Part shown: piece by piece, positions 10,342 to 19,983 of the stretch | Position numbering within the stretch: the stretch's first letter is position 1 | Layout of the letters: each line of letters starts with the position of its first letter | NCBI GenBank assembly: GCA_963667725.2 | Contig: CAXXHO010000003.1 | Coordinates: 1,440,001 to 1,504,000, forward strand | DNA length: 64,000 nt | DNA from: Treponemataceae bacterium | Lineage (GTDB): Bacteria; Spirochaetota; Spirochaetia; Treponematales; Rectinemataceae | Reading direction: 5' to 3' | Notes under the pieces: model-generated | What the model was told of the DNA's origin: nothing | What the model saw: only the letters and a program-made list of their open reading frames with translations | Database searches by the model: none | Program-made: the position numbers and the translations under genes

Positions 10342-11391
10342 TCAGCTTTCCCTGACTGAGGTTTTCCGGTTGATGAAGACGAAGAACATCACGAGGATCG
10401 CGATGGCTGAAATTCTCGTGACAAAACCGGCGGTTCTGTTCATATAGAGGGGGCTGAGGGCCGCGACGGCGAGAAGTATATTGATGCTGTAGATGATGAG
10501 CAGGACCCAGCCCGTGGATTTGACCTTTCTGAGAAGGATGTGATGGAGATGCCCCTTGTCCGCGGTAAAGAAGGATACGTGAGCTTTCTTGCGCCTGTAC
10601 ATGGCCGACAGGGTGTCGAAAATCGGTATGCCCAGCGTTGTCGCCGCCGAAATGAGCCCAACTTCCGCGTTTTTACTCCCCCCATTGCCGAGAAGCGGCA
10701 ATACGGCCAGACAAAAACCCAGAAAGAGACTGCCCGAATCGCCCATGAAAATCTTGGCGGGGGGAAAGTTGAAAACGAGAAAGCCGGCAGTCGCTCCCGC
10801 TATCGCCAGGCAAATCTCGGCTGAAAGAAGAGCTCCCTGAATCCAGAAAGAAATGCCGAAAGTCACCGAAGCGATAAAGCAGATGCCCCCGGCGAGACCA
10901 TCGAGACCGTCGATCAGGTTCATGGCGTTCGTTATACCGATGATCCAAAGCAGCGTTATGGGATAGGAGAATAATCCCAGATTTATGAAGCCATTGCCCC
11001 AGGGCACGATCATAACCTTGAAACGGAAGCCGAATAGTATGAGGAAGATGGCGGCCGTCACCTGAACGAAGAATTTCAGCCTCGCCCGCAAATCGACGAG
11101 ATCGTCGATGAGGCCGAGGAAAAATATCGCGGTTCCGGCGAGCACGATCGGCCAGATTTTATACTGTACCTGAAAATTATCGATCAGAGGTCCCTGCAGC
11201 AGCATCAGCGCCAGCATCGTGGCAAAAAAAGCCGAGGCTATCCCTACGCCGCCCAGCCTGGGGATGTTCCCATTATGGATCTTCCTCTCGTTTACCGTAT
11301 CGTAGAGTCCTTGCTTGTGCGCAAAATATAGTATCGCCGGTACCATCGACGAGGCAAAGGCGCATGACAATAGCATTGATATCAGCGGCAC
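10342..11391 (-). CDS. WecA/TagO-like undecaprenyl-phosphate GlcNAc-1-phosphate transferase (MraY family)
   Basis: PRLGG, GLIDD, NAMNLIDGLDGLA, FMGDSGS and DKGHLHH motifs; GTG start after GGAGG. Confidence 0.9.
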   Translation of the reverse strand: MPLISMLLSCAFASSMVPAILYFAHKQGLYDTVNERKIHNGNIPRLGGVGIASAFFATMLALMLLQGPLIDNFQVQYKIWPIVLAGTAIFFLGLIDDLVDLRARLKFFVQVTAAIFLILFGFRFKVMIVPWGNGFINLGLFSYPITLLWIIGITNAMNLIDGLDGLAGGICFIASVTFGISFWIQGALLSAEICLAIAGATAGFLVFNFPPAKIFMGDSGSLFLGFCLAVLPLLGNGGSKNAEVGLISAATTLGIPIFDTLSAMYRRKKAHVSFFTADKGHLHHILLRKVKSTGWVLLIIYSINILLAVAALSPLYMNRTAGFVTRISAIAILVMFFVFINRKTSVRES

Positions 11392-11452
11392 GAGATCCTC
11401 CCGGACTTTTTGAAAACAAAACACTTCATCACATAGTAATTGTATTCTAAAG

Positions 11453-11487
11453 CAAAAGCGGCCGGAATCGCAAGGTTCCGGCCGCTC
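11453..11487 (-). terminator. Intrinsic terminator of the gcv operon
   Basis: GCGGCCGGAA...TTCCGGCCGC hairpin followed by TTTT on the minus strand. Confidence 0.7.
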
Positions 11488-11528
11488 TAAATGAGCAGGA
11501 TAAGGGCTAGGACGGCTTGCGCCGCGAT

Positions 11529-12962
11529 TCAGCCTCTATAGCAGAGCACGGGGGAGCGGGCCGCGGCTACCTCGTCCATTCGCCCGACAGGCGTCGTCGA
11601 GGGCGCTTGATGGAGGAGTTCGGGATTAGTCCTGGCCTCTTCGGCGATGGCGAGCATCGCGTCGGCGAAGGCATCGAGATTGCGCTTGCTCTCCGTTTCC
11701 GTCGGCTCGATCATGAGGGCCTCGGGCACGATCAGGGGGAAGTAGATTGTGGGCGGATGGAATCCGTAGTCTATGAGGCGCTTGGCTATATCCAAGGTAT
11801 GGATGCCCGGCGCGATATCGCCCATCGCGACGAATTCGTGCATGCACGTGCGCGTATACTTGAGCTTGTACGCTTTTTCCAGGCGAGCCCTCAGGTAATT
11901 GGCGTTGAGGACAGAATTTTCCGCGATCCGCCTCATGCCGTTAGCCCCCTGCATCCTGACATAGGTATAGGCGCGAACAAGCACTCCGAAGTTTCCGTAG
12001 AAAGCCTTTACCTTGCCGATGCTGAACTCGGGCATTGAGAGCGCGTATTTGCCGCCCTTCCGGATCGCGACCGGACCGGGAAGATAGGGCACTAGTTCCT
12101 TGACGGCGCCGACCATGCCCGCGCCTGGCCCTCCGCCGCCGTGGGGGGTGGAGAAGGTTTTATGCAGGTTGAAGTGCATGACGTCGATGCCGCTCTTGCC
12201 GGGCTTGAAGACGCCCGTCAGCGCGTTCATGTTCGCGCCGTCGCCGTACACCAGGCCGCCAGCCTCATGGACCATCTTCGCTATCTTCGTGATGTTCCTC
12301 TCGAACAGCCCGAGGGTATTGGGGTTGGTGATCATGATGCCGGCCACCGAATCGTCCAGGGCAGCCTTGAGGGCCTTGAGATCGATGTTGCCGTCGCGCC
12401 CCGAAGGAATGGTCTGGGTGACGAAGCCGGCCATCGTGCAGGAAGCCGGGTTGGTGCCATGAGCGGAATCGGGGATGAGCATCTTGGTGCGTTGTGTTTG
12501 TCCCTTGGCCCTCAGGTAATCCCTTATCATGAGGACGCCGGAAAGCTCGCCATGGGCGCCGGCCGCTGGCTGCAGGGATACCGCCGCGAAACCGCCTATT
12601 TCGGCGAGGCTGGCCTGGAGCTTGTAGATGAGTTCGATCGCGCCCTGGGACTGAGCGTCGCCGGCGAGAGGATGCGCGTTACGCCATCCCGCCATCGCGG
12701 CGGCCGTCTCGTTGGCTCTGGGGTTATACTTCATCGTGCAGGAACCCAGAGGATAGAAATGCGTATCGATGGAATAATTCTTCTGGGAAAGCTTCGTGAA
12801 ATGCCGCACCACCGTCAGCTCGTCCAGTTCGGGCAAGGCAAGGGATTCGCGGACAAGGCCAGCAGGCAAGGAAGCTTTCGGCACATCGGAATCGGGAAGA
12901 GAACAACCGATGAGACCGGGACTCGTGAGTTCGAAGACCAGAGGTTCCTGAATGAGATTCAT
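11529..12962 (-). CDS. gcvPB: Glycine dehydrogenase (decarboxylating) subunit 2
   Basis: YPLGSCTMKYNP and HFNLHKTFSTPHGGGGPG (PLP lysine). Confidence 0.96.
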   Translation of the reverse strand: MNLIQEPLVFELTSPGLIGCSLPDSDVPKASLPAGLVRESLALPELDELTVVRHFTKLSQKNYSIDTHFYPLGSCTMKYNPRANETAAAMAGWRNAHPLAGDAQSQGAIELIYKLQASLAEIGGFAAVSLQPAAGAHGELSGVLMIRDYLRAKGQTQRTKMLIPDSAHGTNPASCTMAGFVTQTIPSGRDGNIDLKALKAALDDSVAGIMITNPNTLGLFERNITKIAKMVHEAGGLVYGDGANMNALTGVFKPGKSGIDVMHFNLHKTFSTPHGGGGPGAGMVGAVKELVPYLPGPVAIRKGGKYALSMPEFSIGKVKAFYGNFGVLVRAYTYVRMQGANGMRRIAENSVLNANYLRARLEKAYKLKYTRTCMHEFVAMGDIAPGIHTLDIAKRLIDYGFHPPTIYFPLIVPEALMIEPTETESKRNLDAFADAMLAIAEEARTNPELLHQAPSTTPVGRMDEVAAARSPVLCYRG

Positions 12963-14278
12963 GCCGAAACCTCCTTGAGGGCGGCGGCAAGTCTGTCGAT
13001 GTCCGCCTTGGTGTTCATTTCAGTCACGCAGACGAGCAACTCCTTGGTCCGCGAGGCGTCGTAGCGGGAGAGAGGCAGGCCGGGCACGATATGTTTCTTT
13101 ACGAGCGCCGCATAGATGTCGGCCGCGGGTTTGGGCGTCGAAACGAGGAACTCCTTGAAGAAGCTCTTCGTGACCACCTTGAACCCCGGAATTTCCGCGA
13201 TCTTGGAAGCGGCGTAGTGAGCCTTGTCGTTGCAGAGCGATGCGACCATCTCCATTCCCTTGGACCCCATGGCGGCCATGTAGATGCAGGCCTGGAGCAT
13301 GACGAGACCCTGATTCGAGCAGATGTTGGATACGGCTTTTTCGCGCCGGATATGCTGCTCGCGCGCGGTCAGCGTGAGCACGAAACCCCGCCTTCCGTCG
13401 TGGTCCTTGGCTTCGCCCACGATGCGTCCAGGCATCTTGCGCATGAACTTCACCGTCGTCCCCATCATGCCGAGGTAGGGGCCGCCGAAATTCATGGAAT
13501 TGCCGAGGCATTGGCCTTCGGCGACGACGATGTCGGCCCCCTGGGCTCCCGGGCTCTTCAGGATCGCGCACATGATCGGGTCGGCCTGCACGATGAAGAG
13601 CGCGCCGGAATCATGAGCCTTTTTCGCGCCCGCCTCGAGGGGATAAATCTCCCCGGAAAAGCTCGGATAGGCGGCCACGAGACAAGCCGTCAGGCCGTCC
13701 ACGGGAGCCGTCTCCGGAGCGCCCTTGTACTCCACGATTTCCACATCGAAGGATGAGAAATAGGTTTTCACCACATCCTTGTACTCAGGATGAATGTCGG
13801 CGGGGAGAAGAATCCGCTTCCGCGCCTCGTCGATTTTCCACGCCATGAGGATGGCTTCGGCCAGAGCCGTGGCGCCATCGTAGTGAGAGGCGTTGACGAC
13901 GGCCATTCCCAGGAGTTCGGCGGCCATGCTCTGGTATTCGAAGATCGCCTGCAGCGTCCCCTGGGACACTTCGGGCTGGTAGGGAGTGTAGGCGGTGAGG
14001 AATTCGCCTCTCGAAGCGAGGGCTGGCACGATGGAAGGAATGAAATGATTGTAGGCCCCCGCTCCCAGAAACCAGGCAGCCTGTCCGGCTCCCAGATTCT
14101 TGGCCGACAAAGCCTCGATTTCCTTGAGAACCTCGAGCTCCGAAATTCCGTCGGGCAATTTTAGCGGAGGAAAGCGCCGGCTCGCCGGAATGTCGGAAAA
14201 GAGCTCTTCCACGCTCCCCTTCCCGATCACCTCCAGCATGGCCTTGCGTTCAACCTCGGAATTGGGAATAAACGGCAC
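12959..14278 (-). CDS. gcvPA: Glycine dehydrogenase (decarboxylating) subunit 1
   Basis: FLTAYTPYQPEVSQG and REQHIRREKAVSNICSNQ. Confidence 0.96.
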   Translation of the reverse strand: MPFIPNSEVERKAMLEVIGKGSVEELFSDIPASRRFPPLKLPDGISELEVLKEIEALSAKNLGAGQAAWFLGAGAYNHFIPSIVPALASRGEFLTAYTPYQPEVSQGTLQAIFEYQSMAAELLGMAVVNASHYDGATALAEAILMAWKIDEARKRILLPADIHPEYKDVVKTYFSSFDVEIVEYKGAPETAPVDGLTACLVAAYPSFSGEIYPLEAGAKKAHDSGALFIVQADPIMCAILKSPGAQGADIVVAEGQCLGNSMNFGGPYLGMMGTTVKFMRKMPGRIVGEAKDHDGRRGFVLTLTAREQHIRREKAVSNICSNQGLVMLQACIYMAAMGSKGMEMVASLCNDKAHYAASKIAEIPGFKVVTKSFFKEFLVSTPKPAADIYAALVKKHIVPGLPLSRYDASRTKELLVCVTEMNTKADIDRLAAALKEVSA

Positions 14279-14282
14279 GGAC

Positions 14283-14666
14283 TCACGCCTCCCCTATGGC
14301 TTTCGCATAGTCCTGCGCGCTCATCAGCGCGTCCAGTTCGGCGATATTGGACGGTTGGATCTTGAGCATCCATCCCGCGGCATAGGGCTCTTTATTTATG
14401 AGGGCGGGATCAGCCTGGAGGGCCTCGTTGACGGCGGCGATCGTGCCTGAAACCGGCATGTAGAGATCGCTGGCCGCCTTCACGGATTCGACGGTCCCGA
14501 AAGTCTGACCCTTGGCGATGGTTTTCCCGACGGCGGGCAATTCGATGAATACGATGTCGCCGAGTTCGGCCTGGGCATGATCGGAAATGCCGACGACAAC
14601 AAGGCCGCTTTCGAGCCTCGCGAATTCATGGGATTCGGCGTACTTCGCTTTCGTATCGATACTCAT
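14283..14666 (-). CDS. gcvH: Glycine cleavage system H protein
   Basis: Lipoyl-lysine motif VESVKAASD. Confidence 0.96.
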   Translation of the reverse strand: MSIDTKAKYAESHEFARLESGLVVVGISDHAQAELGDIVFIELPAVGKTIAKGQTFGTVESVKAASDLYMPVSGTIAAVNEALQADPALINKEPYAAGWMLKIQPSNIAELDALMSAQDYAKAIGEA

Positions 14667-14691
14667 GGTTCTACTCCTTTATCTTCTTCGC

Positions 14692-15786
14692 TTATCTTCG
14701 GTATGCGGGAATATAGAGAGGGCGCTTCACGACGACCGCGTCCTTGGGCTGGCCGCGGATGATGACCTTGAGCGCCGTGCCCACCTTGTTGAACCCAGGC
14801 TCCACGAAGGCGTTGGCCGCGTATTTCTTGACCGTGGGGCAGAACATGCCGGCGACGCAATGCCCGACGATCTTGCCCGAAGCGTCGGCCACCTCGTAGC
14901 CTTCGCGCGGCACGCCGCCCGTGACGTCCAGGCCTACGAGCCTTCTCGCGAGCCCCTTCTCGGCGATCTCGGACAGAGCGGCCTTGCCGACGAATTCCTT
15001 GTCGAAATCGCAGGCCCACTTGAAGCCCGCCTCGAGAGGGTTGATGGCGGGGCTGATCTCGTGCCCATGGAGCGGCATTCCCGCCTCGAAGCGCAGACTG
15101 TCCCTCGCCGCGAGCCCTATCGGTTTGGTTTCGATCCCGAGCGCCTCGCCTTTCTCAATGAGGAAATTCCATAGAAACTCGGCCTTGGCCGCGGGGAAGA
15201 AAAGCTCGCCGCCATCCTCGCCCGTGTAGCCCGTCCTGCCGAAAAGCACCGGCACGCCGGCGATATCGATGTTGCCCCAGGTAAATCGCTCGAGGGCGGA
15301 AACGGCCGGGGTGCCGACGGCATCGAGAAGCTCGATGGCTTTGGGTCCCTGAACCGCTATCATGTAGGTATCATCCGACCTGTCGACGATCTTGACGCTC
15401 CTGTCGGCATGGGAGGTGAACCAGGCCAGATCGGTCTCGCGGTTGGACGCGTTGACGACGATCCACCATGAATCGGGCATGCGATAGATGAAAAGATCGT
15501 CGAGCACCAAGCCCTTCTCGTCGAGAAGGAGGGAATAGCGCGCCATGGGGGGAACCATATCCAGGATCTTCGCGCTGACGAGACCCGAGACGAAAGCGTC
15601 GGCGCCGGGGCCCGAAACCTCGAATTGGCCCATATGATCGATATCGAAGAGGCCGACGGAACGCCTCGTTATGGCATGTTCCTCGATCGCTCCCGTGGCG
15701 TAGGAAATAGGCATATCGTAGCCGGCGAAAGGCGCCATCTTGGCTCCGTGCCCCAGATGCCAGCCGTGCAATGCTGTCGTGTTCGT
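14692..15786 (-). CDS. gcvT: Glycine cleavage system aminomethyltransferase T
   Basis: GLFDIDHMG, RTGYTGEDG and GLAARDSLRFEAG; start uncertain (ACG 15786 after GAGGAGG, or TTG 15771). Confidence 0.93.
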   Translation of the reverse strand, partial: TNTTALHGWHLGHGAKMAPFAGYDMPISYATGAIEEHAITRRSVGLFDIDHMGQFEVSGPGADAFVSGLVSAKILDMVPPMARYSLLLDEKGLVLDDLFIYRMPDSWWIVVNASNRETDLAWFTSHADRSVKIVDRSDDTYMIAVQGPKAIELLDAVGTPAVSALERFTWGNIDIAGVPVLFGRTGYTGEDGGELFFPAAKAEFLWNFLIEKGEALGIETKPIGLAARDSLRFEAGMPLHGHEISPAINPLEAGFKWACDFDKEFVGKAALSEIAEKGLARRLVGLDVTGGVPREGYEVADASGKIVGHCVAGMFCPTVKKYAANAFVEPGFNKVGTALKVIIRGQPKDAVVVKRPLYIPAYRR

Positions 15787-15833
15787 AATAGCCTCCTCAT
15801 GAGGGATATATGTGCGGTGAAAAAATTATAACA

Positions 15834-16622
15834 TTAGAAACTGTTCCGCGAAAGCGGCTTCCCGATATAAACGCCTTCCCCGCCGAGATACTCCTTCAGT
15901 TTTCCCTCCACGAGAATCTGAACATCCTGAACCGAAGGAAAGGAGGTGGCCGTATAGACGATCTGCCTCAACTGGGCTGAAAAGCCCTCGACACCATAAT
16001 GATTGTACATGAATGGCTCGCTCAGATCGATGATGGCCGTGCTGCCTCGAAGCGTTATGCCTAGAAGTTTCGTGCCACGAGGGATCAGGGAAACCAGACC
16101 GCTCCGTATCTCCCCCTCGCTTGGTCCCGAAATGAGGGCGTTGATCGCGTCGGTAAGGGGCGAATCGCTCGCGGGAATGCTCCGCTTGACTTCATGACGT
16201 GAAATCACGCCATCGTCTTCGATTTTAACGAAGAAAAGCCTGGCTTGGCGAATCTGGCTCTCGGGAACCGTACTTGCGGTGGAAGGAGATGGTTTTTCCG
16301 TTTTGGTGACAGGGGTGTCAGTAACAGGGACACTAGTGACGGGAACGCTGGTAACAGCGATGCTTGTGACAGGGACATTTGGCACGGCGATGGGGCCTAG
16401 CGTCGAAGCAGGCGCTGGAGCCTCGGTTTCCCGATCCTTCGCCGGAGGCGTCGTCGTGGTCACCCTCTGCTTTACGAGGTTAAGGAAATTGGTGCTATCG
16501 AGCGTCGCCTTGATATCGGGGAATTTCACCGCGAAGATGACGACAAGTATGATAATTCCCGCCAAAAGTATGAGGCAGCCGATATTCGAACCGCGGGAAG
16601 ATTTCTTTTTTCTCGATGCCAT
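15834..16622 (-). CDS. GerMN-domain membrane-anchored protein
   Basis: N-terminal TM, Pro/Thr/Val-rich linker, C-terminal LISGP...QIVYTATSFPSVQDVQILVEG. Confidence 0.85.
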   Translation of the reverse strand: MASRKKKSSRGSNIGCLILLAGIIILVVIFAVKFPDIKATLDSTNFLNLVKQRVTTTTPPAKDRETEAPAPASTLGPIAVPNVPVTSIAVTSVPVTSVPVTDTPVTKTEKPSPSTASTVPESQIRQARLFFVKIEDDGVISRHEVKRSIPASDSPLTDAINALISGPSEGEIRSGLVSLIPRGTKLLGITLRGSTAIIDLSEPFMYNHYGVEGFSAQLRQIVYTATSFPSVQDVQILVEGKLKEYLGGEGVYIGKPLSRNSF

Positions 16623-16634
16623 GGTTAAAAAATA

Positions 16635-17744
16635 CTAGTGCCGGGAGGCTGAATGGTCAAGATGGAAGGGATGAACCCTATCAGCTAACGTCATTCCCCC
16701 TCCCCCGTCCGCGATTTCATACAGAGAAAATCCCGATGAAACGCCCTCCGCGCCATTCTCGATCCAGGCGATTTGCCTGCGTTCGACGTTATGGATCTGA
16801 ACGAGGCGTCCTCCGGCCCGCAGGGCATAAGCCCCCTGAACCGGACGATGGCCGGAAATCCAGAGACTTCGACGATCTTCAATCGAGATCCCGAGCAGAA
16901 CCTTTAGACTCTCGTTCACCGCGTTTTCCTCGGCCTGGCCGTTCCCTGTCCAGATGAGCGCCTTGACGACATCGGCCCGCGCCCGATAGTCCAGCAAGTC
17001 GGCTTCGCGGAGCGGGAAAGCCGGTTCGGCGTGGCTTGCGCAGAACCAATTCCCGACGGCGACGAGGGGGAGGAGGAGCTCGTAGCGCCTTATCGTCTTC
17101 ATCAAGGCTTCGCCGTAACGCAGCCGGAACCACTCGGCGCCCATGGCTCCCTCGAGAGCGTACTTGAAGAAAGGAAAATCGCCATTCGTGCCCGAATTGC
17201 CTATATTGTCGTGATTTCCCTTGAGGCAGTGAAAATTTCCGCCGAAACGCGCTTTCAGCATCATGACAAGACAGAGAGCGCCGAGGGAAGCGGCCATTTC
17301 CTCATCCATCTCGGGGCTCAGAATTCCGCCCAACCCCTGGCCCGATTCAAGGCTTTTGGCCGCTCCGCCCCACCTTTCCGCGCCCAGGCGGCCTTCGCTG
17401 TGGAGGATGTCGCCCAGGCAGACGAGGGTGAGCCTGCCATCCAGTATCAGATCGACGAGGCGAGTCCTGGAATCGACGGGCGAAAAAGAGCGGAGGAGAT
17501 CGGCAAGCAGGCTGGATCGGGCATGGAGGTCGGGCACGACGGCGACATAGGGACTCGCGACGCGGACGAAACCGCCGGGTTCCTCCGAGGAAGAGAGAGG
17601 GCGGATTTCCGGGAGCTCTGAGGAAAGGGCGAGAATGGCGGCTTCCGAGAATTCAGCGAGCCTTGCCGGTTCGGGAAATTCACGCCGGCTGGCCAGGGAA
17701 TGCGCGAGTTGCAGAATATCGCCCGCCGCGGATACTGCGCTCAT
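16635..17744 (-). CDS. Calcineurin-like metallophosphoesterase
   Basis: PDLHA, LGDILH, KGNHD, SHA and SGH motifs; ATG 17744 after GAGGAGGGAG. Confidence 0.8.
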   Translation of the reverse strand: MSAVSAAGDILQLAHSLASRREFPEPARLAEFSEAAILALSSELPEIRPLSSSEEPGGFVRVASPYVAVVPDLHARSSLLADLLRSFSPVDSRTRLVDLILDGRLTLVCLGDILHSEGRLGAERWGGAAKSLESGQGLGGILSPEMDEEMAASLGALCLVMMLKARFGGNFHCLKGNHDNIGNSGTNGDFPFFKYALEGAMGAEWFRLRYGEALMKTIRRYELLLPLVAVGNWFCASHAEPAFPLREADLLDYRARADVVKALIWTGNGQAEENAVNESLKVLLGISIEDRRSLWISGHRPVQGAYALRAGGRLVQIHNVERRQIAWIENGAEGVSSGFSLYEIADGGGGMTLADRVHPFHLDHSASRH

Positions 17745-17772
17745 CGCGCTCCCTCCTCGAAATCCTGCGATC

Positions 17773-19059
17773 CTAGCCTTCGCTCTCCGTTTTCCTGATC
17801 CAATCCTGGGCCAGGGCGTCATCGGGATCGATGACGAGGGCGCTCTTGAAAAATCCTATGGCTTCGCCCTTTTTTCCCATTCTGTGGGAGAGCGCGCCGA
17901 GATTTACGATTATCTTGACGTTCTCGGGTTCCAGGCGCAGAGCCCTTTCTAGGCTCGCGCGGGCACCCGGGAGATCGTCAAGCTCGATCTGGCAGAGCGC
18001 CATCTCGTTGAAGGTATCGGTTTCCTGGGAACCGAGGCTTATCGCCTTCGCGAAGGCTTTCTCTCCTTCCTTCCAGTTGCCCAGCCTTCTGTTAGCCCAT
18101 CCAACAAGGAACCAGCCATTCCATACGTTCGGATATCGCCGCACGAATTCCCTTGCCCTGTCTAGCCCCTTTTCCTCCTCACCCATCTGGATGAAGTCGT
18201 AGGCTTCCTTGAAGGTAGTGTCCAGATATCCCAGCTCCTCGAGTTTTTTCAGGATATCTTTCGCGCGCTGGACTTTCCCTTCGTCGTCGCTCAGGCCGAT
18301 GAAACTGGTAAAAAGGGAGACGGCGCGGTCAAAGGATCTCTTGCGGACGAAAAAGAAGGCCGCGTGGTAATAGGCGGGCGCGAAAGGCGGTTCCATGGCT
18401 AAAAGCTTCCTGTAGCATTCGTAGGCGAGGTCGTCCTCTTCGTCGGCCTTGTCCTCCTGCGATTCCTCCCTGAAAAGCTTGGCGTGTTCCTCACGCAGAA
18501 GGGCGAGATCGAGAAGGGGTTCGGGAACTTCCGGATAGAGCCCCACGAGGGCGAGGAAGATTTCTTCGGCGATATCCCATTCCTTGGACTGGGCCTTGGC
18601 TATGCCGGCGTCCGACAGCTCGGCAAGCAGGCCGGGCCTGATGGATTTCACGAGATCGCGGTATTGTGGAGCGGCTTTGTTCTCCGGCTGCCAGGCGAGC
18701 ACCCGCAGGATGCCGGCGATGATGCTTTCGACGTTCACCATGGAGGCGTCGAAACGGACGATGGGTCCGGCGGTCTGCACAGGGATGGTCGTTCCGGGGC
18801 CGATTCCCGCCAGGCCAAGGGCCTCGAGAGCCTGAGGAGGCAACTGGACGAAGACGACCGAAGCGAGGGCCTTCTCGGCCCTTTCCTTGAGAAGCTCAGC
18901 GTGGGCGCCGGCGCCCGCCCGCCCCTCCCCCGCGCCCCATGCCCCGCCATCGGGCGCCGGCGGCGCCTTGCGCCCCTCGCCCTTCGCCGTATCGGATTTA
19001 GTTTTGTTCAGTCGTAGAGGCGGCTTCGAGCCCGGCTCCCTGCGCGTGGATTCCTTCAT
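17773..19059 (-). CDS. Tetratricopeptide repeat protein
   Basis: Multiple TPR-like repeats (ALRLEPENVKIIVNLG, ALVIDPDD). Confidence 0.85.
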   Translation of the reverse strand: MKESTRREPGSKPPLRLNKTKSDTAKGEGRKAPPAPDGGAWGAGEGRAGAGAHAELLKERAEKALASVVFVQLPPQALEALGLAGIGPGTTIPVQTAGPIVRFDASMVNVESIIAGILRVLAWQPENKAAPQYRDLVKSIRPGLLAELSDAGIAKAQSKEWDIAEEIFLALVGLYPEVPEPLLDLALLREEHAKLFREESQEDKADEEDDLAYECYRKLLAMEPPFAPAYYHAAFFFVRKRSFDRAVSLFTSFIGLSDDEGKVQRAKDILKKLEELGYLDTTFKEAYDFIQMGEEEKGLDRAREFVRRYPNVWNGWFLVGWANRRLGNWKEGEKAFAKAISLGSQETDTFNEMALCQIELDDLPGARASLERALRLEPENVKIIVNLGALSHRMGKKGEAIGFFKSALVIDPDDALAQDWIRKTESEG

Positions 19060-19835
19060 TTACCTTCCTTCCATGGGAAAATCATTCCCTTCAGCGTTCG
19101 CTCGCCCACCAGTTCCTTCTCCTCCTGGAGGAGCTCTTCCCAGGGAACATGCTTTCTATCGGCCTGCGGATTCCGCTCCAGCCATTCGTACTTCATCATC
19201 CGGAGCTTCACGGCATCGGCCGAAGCCAGGGCCAGGCCCGCCATGCCCGGCGCCATGAAGGCCGTGAGCACGGAGACAATCAAGGTAACGACATTATAGA
19301 GAAAAAGGAAAACCGTGAAGCCGAGATTGTCCATCATGAGGATGAGCGCGACCTTAACGTTCTTCCTGAATCCCCCACCCCTGCGAACCAGGAGCGGAAG
19401 ATAATACTGCGACGCGAGAAGGGCAACGAGACAGGTCCAGAAAAGGAGGCTGGCCAGGAAAAGCCCCAGGAAGCCCTTCTGGGCGAGATAGAAAGGTATG
19501 CCCACCGTAAAAGAGAAAAACAGCGCCAGATTGAGGAGGCCGACGACGAGTCCCGATTTCCAGGATTTCCCGAAAAAGGCGAAGGTGGACTTGAATCCGG
19601 GAGACCTGTAATTCGAAACGCCGTCCATCGCGAAGGCCGAAACCGCCTGCCACTGCGATATGGCGAGAATGCCCAGAACGAGAAAGGCGATGGAGAGCGC
19701 GTCCCCGATTCCCAGGGAAAGCGGGAGCGCCATAAAGAGCATCGCCAGCGCGAGGTAGACGATGTTGAAGGCCGCCAGGGAGAAGAGATTGTCCCAGCCG
19801 TCGAAAAACGCTTTTTTGATGAAGAAACCAATCAT
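19056..19835 (-). CDS. Hypothetical integral membrane protein
   Basis: About 6 TM segments; stop overlaps the TPR gene start. Confidence 0.75.
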   Translation of the reverse strand: MIGFFIKKAFFDGWDNLFSLAAFNIVYLALAMLFMALPLSLGIGDALSIAFLVLGILAISQWQAVSAFAMDGVSNYRSPGFKSTFAFFGKSWKSGLVVGLLNLALFFSFTVGIPFYLAQKGFLGLFLASLLFWTCLVALLASQYYLPLLVRRGGGFRKNVKVALILMMDNLGFTVFLFLYNVVTLIVSVLTAFMAPGMAGLALASADAVKLRMMKYEWLERNPQADRKHVPWEELLQEEKELVGERTLKGMIFPWKEGK

Positions 19836-19890
19836 ATAGTGTCTATACTACCTTCTTGACCTTTGGGCAAGTAGATTAGTATTGTAGGTC

Positions 19891-19958
19891 TTGGATACGT
19901 CGCCGGACCCCGGTCTGACGCTCCGCCCGCCGATATTTCCTGGTTCGGCAGGGTCCAA
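19891..19958 (+). promoter_or_regulatory. Candidate structured 5' leader of the ornithine decarboxylase gene
   Basis: Three-stem junction with an alternative GGACCC/GGGTCC pairing (see findings). Confidence 0.35.
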
Positions 19959-19983
19959 ACACACAGGTGAAAGGGGTACGGCA

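Noticed and set aside
15787..15833. Glycine riboswitch ahead of gcvT
   Set aside because: Intergenic gap is under 50 bp, too short
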